Source: Cyanophora paradoxa CCMP329 (taxonomy: Eukaryota > Plantae > Glaucophyta). Taken from it: a DNA stretch of 54,621 nt. The notes under the pieces were generated by a model, which saw only the letters and a list, made by a program, of their open reading frames with translations, ran no database searches and was not told where the DNA came from. The position numbers and the translations under genes are program-made. The stretch lies in the NCBI GenBank assembly GCA_004431415.1, contig QPMI01000303.1, forward strand, positions 1 through 54,621, in the 5' to 3' direction. This document shows, one piece after another, positions 24,054 to 34,092 of this stretch (position 1 is the first letter of the stretch; each line of letters begins with the position of its first letter).

Positions 24054-25005
24054 TCAGCGACCGGATTCGAAGGCAGGAAACTCCACACGAAGAGAAGAAG
24101 CGCACTCCGAGTCGCTGTCCACATCTGCGGCGACGGTGGCCCACGAGAGCTGCGCGGGCGCGAGTGAGCGAGCGAGCGCCCTTGAACTTCCCGAGGGGGG
24201 GCTGCACCTTCGTCATCGCGACGCCGAGCGGCTGCGCCTCGACGATCTCCTGGCAGGTCCGCGCGTGCTCCGGCCAGTCCCGCCGCTGGCACTCCCGGTC
24301 GCAGTAGCCCTGCCCGCACCGGCACTCCGCCTTGCACCGCTTTCCGCATGCGCCGCAGATCCGGCCAGCGCGCCCCTGTTGCCGCAGATGCGTCCGCTCC
24401 GCGCCGGCCGACTTTCGCTCGATAACCGCGCCGTTAGGGCCGCCGCGCACGATCTCCTCGAACGTGTGGCAGTCCTGCTTCCGCGCCCGCTTGTCCCACA
24501 GCACGAAGCCCGCCCGCGAGAAGAGCTTGACGTGCGTCTTGAAGGGAAGCCGCGCGGTGGGCCCGCCGGGGATCGCGCGGTACGCTTCCGCGAGCTCCTC
24601 CCACGACTGCGGACGCGAGGCTCGCGGCGTGAGCCACGAGCGCTGCCGGTCGCGCAGCAAGCCTAGGGGCTCGCCACGCACTCTGTCAGAGAGTCGCTGC
24701 TCGATGAGAAGCTCGGCCGCAAGCCCTCCCGCGGCGATGAACCGATCGGGAAGGCCGATGGCTGCGATGAAGCGCTGCGGGCCAGGAGGCGGGAAGCGCA
24801 GCCATGGCGGAGGTGCTGGATACAGTTCCGGCAGCTCGCCCTGCGCCACCATGTCGGGCGGGAGAGGGAATCCGTCCTCCATGAGCTTTTCCAGGCGGTT
24901 CGCGAGGACCTTGGCATACATTAGGTCGAGCACGCCGGGTCGAACGACCACCGGCCGCCAGAGCGCCGGCCCCGGCACCCCAGAGCCGCTCGCGGCGGCC
25001 GCCAT
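24054..25005 (-). CDS. MYND-type zinc finger protein
   Basis: CGACGKRCKAECRCGQGYCDRECQRRDWPEHARTC fits the MYND pattern. A terminal GT-AG intron leads to TGA at 24054. Confidence 0.8.
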
Positions 25006-25136
25006 CGTCGAGGGCGGACGCTGGCGCCGAAGGCAACGAGTCGAACGAGCTCGCGGTCGAAGTCAAGACCGTCGGACTACGCGGCCTGCCAGCTGCCTGC
25101 ACGCTGCCTGCAACTTGTCTGCAAAGGTGTCCCCGA

Positions 25137-25152
25137 ATTCGAACCAGGCCGG
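25137..25152 (+). promoter_or_regulatory. Conserved tRNA upstream element ATTCGAACCAGGCCGG (-41 to -26)
   Basis: Identical to the element upstream of tRNA-Gly, with the same 25-nt spacer. Confidence 0.75.
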
Positions 25153-25177
25153 CTGGAAAACTGGCATTTTGGGGGCC

Positions 25178-25260
25178 GCAAGGTTGGCCGAGTGGTTAAG
25201 GCGCCTGACTTAAGTTCAGGTCTCCTCGCGGAGTCGTGGGTTCGAACCCCACACCTTGCA
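25178..25260 (+). tRNA. trnL-TAA: tRNA-Leu(TAA)
   Basis: GCAAGGT/ACCTTGC acceptor stem, CCTGA-CTTAAGT-TCAGG anticodon arm, long variable arm, GTGGG-TTCGAAC-CCCAC T arm, discriminator A. Confidence 0.97.
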
Positions 25261-25261
25261 A

Positions 25262-25453
25262 TTCCGGGAAACCGGCGCTGTCCAGCGGACCGGCCCGAGC
25301 GCGTCGCTGACTCGGCAGCCTCCGCCGGCCGCCCTCGGGAAGTGCACAAAGGCCGCCCGGGCGGGGAGTCGCCGACTCGCCGGTGACGCCGGTGAGGCGC
25401 CCGCGGCCGGTCAGCGCGGCGGACCGGCGGTGCCGTGGCCCGTGGGCCCGGAA
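25262..25453 (+). ncRNA. Candidate ~190-nt rod-like structured RNA abutting tRNA-Leu
   Basis: Nested helices TTCCGGG/CCCGGAA, GACCGGCC/GGCCGGTC, GCGTCGCTG/CGGTGACGC and TCGGC/GCCGA. No T4 terminator follows the tRNA. Confidence 0.4.
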
Positions 25454-25734
25454 ACATGCGCCTGCTCTGCAGGCTACAGCCTACAGCCTGCAGGTCAGCT
25501 GCTCCCATCGATTCTTTGGCCGGCGCGATGGGAGCATGTTGCACATTCAATTGCAATGTCCGCTTGAACGCAAAAGCGAGCTAGCTATAGCTAATGCATA
25601 TGCTGCAGCTGGAGCTAACTCAAGGCCTAGGCTGAGGGGCCGAGGGCCCTGGCACGGATCGCAATTCGACAATTAAATGTACAAGGACTTCATGACATCC
25701 ACAGGGCACTGCGGCAGCCCGCAGCTTGCCTCGA

Positions 25735-28215
25735 TCACTCCGCCTCCTCGCCGCCGCTGCTCCCGCCAGACCCGCCGGTGCCGCCCTTGGCCGCCCCGCC
25801 GAAGAGCTCCCAGTGCCGCTTGATCATCTGCACGGCGGCGCGGCTCTCAGAGTCATGCCTTGAAGGCCCCAGTCCAGAGGCGGGGCGGCTCACGGTCTGG
25901 TTCTTGATGACCTCCTGCTTGCAGAGGGACCGCACGGGGTCCACGCCTGCCGGACCCCGGGTACGGCGTTGGGGGGGGGGGGCGGGGGGGGGGGGGACGT
26001 GCTCTGGAGCCGGGGCACACACCTCGCTGGATGTGGTGGAGCCGCTTGAGGGCGGAGTGGACCTGCAGCGGGCCGCCGCGTCGGGGCACAGCGGGAGGGA
26101 GAGGGGGAGAGGGGGGAGGGGGGGAGGGGGGGGGGAGAGGGAGAGGGCGGGGGAGAGGGGAAGGAAAGAAGGGGGAGATAGGGTAAGTGGGGAGCTCGAG
26201 GAGGGGAAGATGGGTAGGGAGAATGGGGAGGGGAGTAGGGGAGGGGGAGTAGGGGAAAGGGGGTAGGTGTAGGGGAAGGGCGGGGGCGGGGGGGGGGGGG
26301 GGGGGGGGGGGAGGACCATTCGGGTGCAGGAGCCGGACTTGCACGAGCAGCCCGTCAGCACGACCTGCGCGCCCGGGATCGGGTCGCGTCGGCTCCGCCC
26401 AGACAGAAAGCGAAATTAAAGGGGCCGGGCGGGACTCGAACCGTGGCGCCGGAGGTGACGGTGCCGGAGGCGGGGTCGAGCTTGGTGGGGTCCTCGAGGG
26501 AGAGGCTTGGGGCCTGGCGGCCGCGGGCGGGCCCGTCAGCGCAGCCCGGGCTCTGCTTTGCTTCCGGGCGCACCGACGCGCCGCATAGCTCGTGGTACGG
26601 CTCCACCAGGTCGCGCTGCAGCCGCCTCAGCGGGGGGCGGGGGGCCGGCCGGCGGCGCAGCAGCAGCCCAGGCGGGGGCAGCTAAATTCTAAGCTTAGAG
26701 GACCGAGGCTGGGCACGGGATGGGAGGGTGCTGCGGCCGGACCTGGAAGTGGAGGCGCTTGGCGCGCTCGCGGGGCCGGGCCGGCGGGCGCTGCGCCCGG
26801 GGCCGCTTCGCCGCCGGGCCCGCCTCGCCGTCCGAGCCGCTGGCGCTCCCCTGCGCTCGAGCGGGTGGCCGGGGGCTCGTCTGGAGGGGGGCCGGGCGGC
26901 TCGCCTCCTCGCCCCGGGGCGGCCTGGAGCCGGGGGCGGCGTGGCGGGCCCGCGGGGGAAGCCGAGGACCGCGGAGGACGAGGAGGGCGGCGAGTGGGCG
27001 CTGGAGCTGGAGCTGGGGCCGGCGGCTGCGGGCCCCGCGCGCGGCCGGCGGAGCGGCCCCCGGCGCCAGCGCCGGCGCGCGGGGAGCTGCCCCCAGAGGC
27101 CGTCGCCTCCTCCTCCTCCAGGCGAACCGGACGATGCGGGGGCGGTCCGGGTCCCCTGCGCGCCCCGGGGGCATTGGGGCCGGCGGCTCGCATCAACGTC
27201 GAAGGAGGCGCGCACCGGCTCCTCCCGGTCCTCGGGCTCGCCCGCCGGGGCGCCCTCGGGCCCCGCGGGGTCCGCGGGGCGGCCGCCGCGGCCTCGGGCA
27301 GCTGCACCAGCGCCGCGACGCCGTCGAGGGGCACGTCGGCGCGGGGCCTGCCGCCCGCCCCGCGCCCTCAGCGGCGCCCCACGGGAAGAAGAGAGCTCGC
27401 GCACTTGCTGGGGAGGGCCACGCCGGCTCCGCCGCCGGCGGCGAGTCGGTTCCGCTCGAGGAGGCGTCACGCGGGTCCGCGCTCCCCGCCCGCGGCCGCG
27501 CCGCCTGCGGGCCGCCCGGCTTGGGCTTCGGCCTCGCCTGCGGGCGGCGCCGCGGCGACCCGGCCGCCTTCCCCGCCCCGCCGGCCGCCCTCGCCGCCGC
27601 CGCCGCCTGCGGCGAGCGCTTGCGCGGCGACGAGGAGGCCGGGGCGCGCCTTGCCGGCGAGACGCGCCCGGCGGCCGTCGCCGCGCGCTTGCGGGGCGAG
27701 GTAGCGGCGGTTGGTGGCGCCGGGCGCTTCCCCGGTGATGCAGAGGCGGGGGCGGAGGCGGCGGATCCGGAGCGCTTGCGCGGGGAGGCTGCCGCAGCCG
27801 GCGCCGCCGGCACCGGCCGCTTCCGAGTCGACGAGGACGCAGCCGCCGCCGCTGGCCCGTCCGTTCCTTTCAGGGCGATCGCCTGCGCGGCGGCGTGAGC
27901 GGAGGCGGCGGCCAGCGGGGCCGGGGCGCGTGCGGCTGCATCGACCGGCGCTGCTGCCTTCCGAGGCGACCTGCGGGCCTCTGCAGAGCCGCCGGCTGAC
28001 GTGGCCGGCGGCGCTCTCACCGCCTGCGCGCGCGTCAGTCGGCGCCGGCGCCGCCGTCGAGAAAGGGCTCGAGAGCGGCGATGATCGCGCCTGCACCGCG
28101 GCATCGGACTTCGCGGCATCCGACGAAGACGCGCCGGAGTCCAACCCCTGCCCAGCGATCAGCTGTCTGAACAAATCGGATCCGGAGCGCAATTCGGCGT
28201 ACGGACCTTCGGCAT
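25735..28215 (-). CDS. Hypothetical protein with Ala/Pro/basic SPRK-rich low-complexity region and a small Cys-containing C-terminal domain
   Basis: MPK|GLDSGASS...; repeated SPRKR/SPGKR motifs; short terminal exons VVLTGCSCKSGSCTRM|VHSALKRLHHIQRG|VDPVRSLCKQEVIKNQT|MIKRHWELF with canonical introns; TGA at 25735. Confidence 0.65.
26093..26313. repeat. Intronic polypurine/poly-G low-complexity tract
   Basis: About 220 nt almost entirely G/A on the plus strand. Confidence 0.85.
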
Positions 28216-28371
28216 GATCTGGAGTTTGGAAGCTCCTGCTTCGAGCTGCGCGGGGAGCGCTAGCTCGAGGTCGCAGCTGAAGGCGCATACGGATACTGAA
28301 CCTTGAGTCTTCCAGGGCTCCGCTTCAATGACGATAGCGGCTCCTTTTGCTGACAGCGACGACGATCATGA

Positions 28372-28911
28372 TCAGCGCGCGGATACGTACGCAGGCAGGC
28401 CTAGGGCGCGCTTGAAGCCAAGTGTACGGCACACCTTAACGGGTGCAGACTGTGCGGGTGCAGAAGTCGATGCGACGACAACATCCAAGATTGCCTGCAG
28501 AAGAGCAGGGAGCGCCTGGTAGCGGAGAGCGAACGCGCCGCATTCCGTTCGCAACTCGCGAAGAAGCCTCGCGCTGTCCGCGACATTGTCGAGCGACAAA
28601 TCGATTCCCTCCTCAGCGAACGCGATTCGAATGTCTTCTGCACTCGCCGGACTCTGAGAACCAAATTCGCGCGCGGGAGGCAGCCGCGAGGCCCGCGCGC
28701 GCAGCTGCTGCACGTGCGCACCATCGCTTTGAATCGCTTCTTGGAGCTCGATCAGCTGCAGGGCGGCGCCGCGCGGCGACGTCGACAGGGCCTCGGGAGG
28801 CGCCAACAGATGGAGTTTGTCGTGACGCGAACCCTTGAATGCATTGGTACCCCCCTTCGTCTCAAAGCCTGTGAAGGCGCTCCGCACGTGGGGATCCGAG
28901 CGCGTACGCAA
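28372..28911 (-). CDS. Possible small spliced hypothetical gene
   Basis: Lower-GC ORF with protein-like amphipathic segments (LQLIELQEAIQSD, DIRIAFAEEGIDLSLDNVADSARLLRELRT) and plausible introns. No start codon was identified. Confidence 0.35.
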   Translation of the reverse strand: MRTRSDPHVRSAFTGFETKGGTNAFKGSRHDKLHLLAPPEALSTSPRGAALQLIELQEAIQSDGAHVQQLRARASRLPPAREFGSQSPASAEDIRIAFAEEGIDLSLDNVADSARLLRELRTECGAFALRYQALPALLQAILDVVVASTSAPAQSAPVKVCRTLGFKRALGLPAYVSAR

Positions 28912-29179
28912 CTGCTGTAGAGGAGATCGTCGCAGCTTGTTAAAACGGACGCGCCCTGTTCTGGCGGATCCCGTCTCTTAGACCGCCCTCAGCCGCGCCG
29001 GACGTTTTGACAGCCAGGTCGCGCCGGCGTCCGCGCGTCCGTCTTCAAAGGAGCTGCATCGTTGAGCGGGCCGCGCGCCTCGAGCTTCTTGCGCGTCCGC
29101 CGCACAAGCGTCAAGTCGAGCATTCTGCCCTTCCCGGCCGTCTCCGTCGCTCGCACGGCTATCTGTACTCGTGAGCGAG

Positions 29180-32100
29180 ATGTTCGCTCCGCAATCAGAT
29201 CTCTACAGGCAGATATACGGCGCGCAGCCCCCGCAACAGCAGCAGCAGCAGCCCACGGGCGCTTCGCCGGCATTCGTCCGCGACGGCCTCCAAAGAGCCG
29301 TCAGTCATCAGCAGGGGGGTCCGGCGCCGCCCATTGCCGTGACAATGCAGCCGCCGGTGCTCCCGGGGCAGATGCCGGTCGCCGCGTACCACCCGCACCT
29401 CCAGCCCTCGCAGATGGCGGCGGCGCAGATGCACCAGGCCGCAATGCAGCACGCGCAGGCGCATGCCGCCGCCGCCGCCCAGCAGCACATGGGCGTGGCG
29501 ACGCGCTCCGGCTCCCAGCTGCCGCCGATCCACCCGCCGGGCCGGGGCCACGGGGCCGGCGTGCGGGCGGGGGCGTCTATGGGGCGCCCGGGGAAGGCGG
29601 CGGCGGGCACGGAGACGCCGGAGGACTCGGACTCGTCGGGGGACGACGGCCTCGACGCCCGCTACGGCAACACCGCCGGCATGTCGGTCCGCCCCGGCCC
29701 CCGCCCCACGCCCGCCCGCCCGCCCCCCGCCCTCTCTCCCGACGCGCGCGCAGAAAGTCGAGCGGCGGCGCGCCCGCGAACGCGAGTCCGCGCGGCGCTC
29801 GCGCCGGAGGAAGAAGGAGCAGCTCGAGAACCTCGGTGCGCCCGGATCGAATCCGCGCCGGTCCGCGGGGCCGCCGCGTGACGCAGCGGCCCCGCAGAGG
29901 GCACCGTCCGATCGCTCGCGGAGGAGAACGATCGCCTGCGGCGCCGCGCCGCCTACCGGGACCTGCTTAAGCTCCAGGCGCGCGCGTACCCCCGGCCCTG
30001 CTCTTCGCGCCCCCCGCTTCCTTCCTTCTTCTTATGCGGCCGGCAGGACACGCACGCGCGTGAGATAAAGGCCCTCGAAAAGCTGGTGGGCCCGTACCCC
30101 TTCCCCTCCCCGAGACACGCGCCCGCCCCTTCTGAGCGAGGTGCGCGGCCGGCAGCTGAGCGAGGAGCCGATCGACGAGGCGACGACGAGGAGGGGGGTA
30201 GAGGCGATCCGGGAGACGGACCGGGCGCGGCGCATGGCCATCCGCACCCTCCTCCACGACCTCGTACAGATCCTCCAGGTACCCCCCGCGCGCTGCCCCC
30301 CCCCCTCCCCCCCGGGCAGGGGGCGCCCTCTGCGCTGGCTGGGGCCGGAGGGGAGGAGGGCGCCCCGCCCCGATGCTTGGGCGTGAGGCGGGGCGGGGCG
30401 GGGCGAGCAGCCGGTGTACAAGACGGAGGCGATGCTGTGGTTCGTGGAGCACATCGGCCGATTCGACCCGGCTGACGACGCCGAGCCCTTCGCCACGTCC
30501 GCCGCCTCCCCCGACCCCGCCCGCCCGCTCGCCCCGCCGACGCCGCCGCCCCCCGCAGCGCCGGGGGCGCCTCCTCGTCACAGCAGGCGGTGAGCCCCGC
30601 CGGCCCGCGTTGCTCCTCGGTCTGACGCGGCGCGCGCGCGCGGGGCAGAGCGGGGCGAGCACGCCGCCGCTCGGGGCGCAGGGGCGGGCCCGGGGGGCGT
30701 CCCCGTGCTCCTCCGCAGCCTCCTCTGCGACGCCGGCAGGGGCCCCGCCCCGGCAGGCGCGCCGCCCCGCCGACCCCGGCCCGCCCGCCCGGCCCCGCTG
30801 CGCGCTGAGGCGGGGCCGGGCCGGGCCGGGGCGAGCGCAGCAACCCGCCCTCGCAGCCGGCGAGCAGCCCCGCGTCGCCCTCGGGAGACGTGCGCCCCTC
30901 CCGCTCGCGCCACTGAGAGCGGAGGGCGAAGAGGGGGGCCCCGCCCTACGCGGCTCACGCGGGCAGGGGCAGGGGCAGCAGCAGCCGCAGCAGGAGGGGG
31001 CGGAGGCGGGGCTGACGGCGAGCGACGCGGCGGCGCTCTCGCGCGGCATCGTCCGCAGCGTCGTCCGCGCCATGGGCATCTCCCGCCGTCCGCCCCGCCC
31101 GCCCCGCCCCGCCCCGCCCCGCCCCGCCCCCCCGCTGGGCCGAGCGCGTGGGCGCAGTGCAGCACATGCAGGCGCACCTGTGGATGAACACGCACCGCGA
31201 GGCCATCGAGCGCTCCCGCGTCCGCCCCCGCCCGCCCCGCCCCGCCCGCCTCGGGAGCCTGCCTTCTCACGTGGCGGCGCCCCGCTCTGCCCCGCGGGGG
31301 CGCAGGGGCTGCACCGCGAGATGAAGGCGATCACATTCCGCCTCCAGCAGCTCCGCCAGGACTACGAGGCCCGCCCCCGCCCCCGCCCCGCCCCGGGGCC
31401 CCACCAGCCGCCCGAAAGGGGGAGGGGGAGGGAGGGGGGCGAGAACGGGGAAAGAAGAGGAGGAGGAGGCCCAAAAAAAAAAAGGGAGAAGAGGAGAGAG
31501 GGGCCCGGGCAGGGCAGGTTTTCGGGCGCCCTCGGCGTGCCCCTGACGTGCCCCCTCCCCCGCAGAACGAGTGGCGGGACCTGCACGAAGCGCTCCACGT
31601 GCGCGACACCCCGCCCCCCCCCCCCCCCCCCCCCCCCCCCCGGCCCCCCTTCCCCCGCCCCTCCTTGCTCCCGCTCTTTGCGAGCTGGCGCCGAGCTTCT
31701 CTGGCTCGGGGTGTTTTGTCTCGAAACTCCAGCTGCCCCCGCCCCGCCCCCCTGCTCCTCGTCCTCCTCCTTCTCCTTCTTCTTCTTCTTCGTCCCTGCT
31801 CCGTCCAGGAATCCGCCTAGGATGCGGCGCCGCCCCCGGCACGCCGCTGCTGCGCCTCCGACGCCTCCGGGGACGCAGGGACTGGCCGAGGAGGCCGTGA
31901 CGACGCCGAAGCAGGACGGCCAGTGCGCGCCCCCGCCCCCGGCCCCATCCCAAGTCGAAGCCGGGCGACATAGCTGCAGTTTAGAGGGGGGCGCCCGTCC
32001 GCCAGCCGCGAGTTCAGTTTGCTGACGCTGGGGACGCGCGGGCAGGTTCATTCTGTTCGCCGAGCAATACACAGCGGCCATCCTACAGCAGATCGGCGCC

Positions 32101-32641
32101 CCCGCCATGCCGCCCCCGCAGCCGCCCCCGCATTCGGTACGCGCCGGCCGCCCCGGACCGGATCAGGGCACCTCGTCCGTGTCTGTCTGCCTGCAGCTGA
32201 CCGGGTGCGGGCCCCGCGCGCAGCTCGCCGCCGCACCCGTCGCGCCCGCCCCGCCGGCGGAGGCGGCGTGGGCGCCCCGCCCCCGAAGCGCCTGCGCGCC
32301 GCCGACCGCGAGCGGGGCGGGGCCGGCGAGCGCGAGCGGCCGCCGGCGCAGCCGTCCAAGCCCTCGCCGGTGCGCCGCGGCGCACCCCGCCCCGCGCGGA
32401 GGCGCTGACGGGCGCGGGGCGCCGGCAGGCGAAGGAGCTTCGGGGGGCGAGGGAGGGGAGGGAGGGGGAGGAGCCGCCGGCGCCGGCGCCGAGGACGAGG
32501 GGGGGGAGGCGGGCCTCGCCGGCCCCTCCGGCCCCGCCGGCCCCGGGGGATGTGGAGGAGGCGCCTGCGGGGCCGCCGGCCCCGAGCGGCGGCATCCCCT
32601 CCATCCCCGAGATGATGGCCCACCTGAAGGACATCATCTGA
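29180..32641 (+). CDS. bZIP transcription factor
   Basis: Gln/Ala/Pro-rich N-terminus; basic region and zipper KVERRRARERESARRSRRRKKEQLENLEGTVRSLAEENDRLRRR; helical C-terminal domain; TGA at 32641. Confidence 0.88.
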
Positions 32642-32923
32642 TCATGATCGACCCCGAGGCCCCCGCGCGCTCCCCCGCCAGCCCCACCATCTTTAGTATC
32701 TTTAGTGCCGGTAGGCCTAGGCTAGTTCTAGTCCGCTACTAGGTTGGGTCATGCACACTACCGTAGTACAATTAGTTAGTTTCAACGGCCTCTGATTCAG
32801 TTCGGTGCTAGCCCGTTAGTTAATGAGCCTCGGAGCAGACACATGTACACCACACATACTTTGAAGGACCGTCGGACGTTTTCTTACCACCTTTACATCT
32901 CCTGAGATTTTACACAACTACAG

Positions 32924-33033
32924 TTGCAGACTCGTGCTTCTCGGTCTTCTAGTACTAATGCGTGTATTTATCATAGTATGCGTATTTGCAGACTCGTGCT
33001 TCTCGGTCTTCTAGTACTAATGCGTGTATTTAT
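32924..33033. repeat. 48-bp direct repeat, two copies, period 62
   Basis: TTGCAGACTCGTGCTTCTCGGTCTTCTAGTACTAATGCGTGTATTTAT at 32924-32971 and 32986-33033. Confidence 0.92.
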
Positions 33034-34092
33034 GCGTATACTGCGTGATGGAGGCTCGCCGAGTCGACTAGGTACGACTAGCCGGCTCGCACACCTCATG
33101 CATATGATGAGTAAATCTTCTTCCTCACCTATATATACTAAATTACACCGCGAAGCTTAAGAATGGGAACCGATATCGATGATCATGATCCATATGCATA
33201 ACCCCTTTTAGCTGTCGTGCCGCACTGCGGCAGTGCCCCGGCTCAGACTCGAAGAGCCGTCCCACGGTCCCTCCGGATCTGGCTCATGATCAGCCTCCGA
33301 GGCTCCGTCCAAGCTCTCGAGGGCCTCTCGCCCGGCGGCCCTCGAGGGCTTCTCGCCCTCCGAGGCTCGAGCGAGAGGCCCGCTGGCCGGCCCTGCGCAT
33401 GCCGCAGCTGCAGCCGCAGCCGCAGCGGCCAGCGTGAGCCCCGGCCGGTTGACGTTAGCATTCATGGGAGAGACCTGGCTGATCATGAGACTCCATGAAT
33501 CATGAATCATTTAACTTGAAGAAAATCTTCTGAGACGTTGACCTTACAGATTAGCTATGAAGCTCGAAGATGCCACGATGCCAATACTACTCCAGCACCA
33601 ACTTCTTTGACTCTCTAACTGTAATGGCAAAATCATCGTGCAACGAAGCAACAGGCTACGAACTACGTATACATCTGTGACACACAAAATTTTGCGCCTA
33701 GACACTGAACAATGCAACGCCTGCGGGCGCTCTGACATACATAGAAACTTCGAATTCGGGAAAACCCTATCCTTTGAAGAAGAACCGATCGTAAAGAATT
33801 GATTCGGGATGCGCCCGATCGGGAGCTCAAGGCTCGCCTCGGTTCGGGGGCCTGGGCCTTCACTTGGCGATCCGGGGCCGGCTGGTGACGAAGCCGGCCT
33901 CGAGCGGGGTGAGGCGCTTGGGCGGCACGACCTCGAGCCCGCACGCCACCAGCAGCCGCAGCAGCGCCGCCCCGCCCCCGGCCCGCGTCAATATTAATCC
34001 CGTCCCGCGCACGCCTCTGCAGCTCGCGGGGCGCCGCTGCGGTCTGTAGCTAGTGCGGTCTGGGCAGGCCCAGGCCGCCCTCCAGATATGAC

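Noticed and set aside
22069-25152. Autonomous DNA transposon with 16-bp TIRs
   Set aside because: No transposase or TSD. The similarity extends toward the tRNAs with fixed spacing, which fits a promoter element better, though a transposon is not fully excluded.
25262-25453. SRP RNA or RNase P/MRP RNA identity for the hairpin
   Set aside because: No SRP helix 8 GNRA/SRP54 motif and no RNase P/MRP P4 consensus could be recognised.
26428-26443. B-box-like GGTTCGAGTCCC on the minus strand
   Set aside because: It coincides with an exon-intron junction (ACG|GTTCGA) of a protein gene.
32924-33033. CRISPR-like repeat-spacer
   Set aside because: Only two copies with a 14-nt gap, eukaryotic context and no cas genes; a simple tandem duplication.
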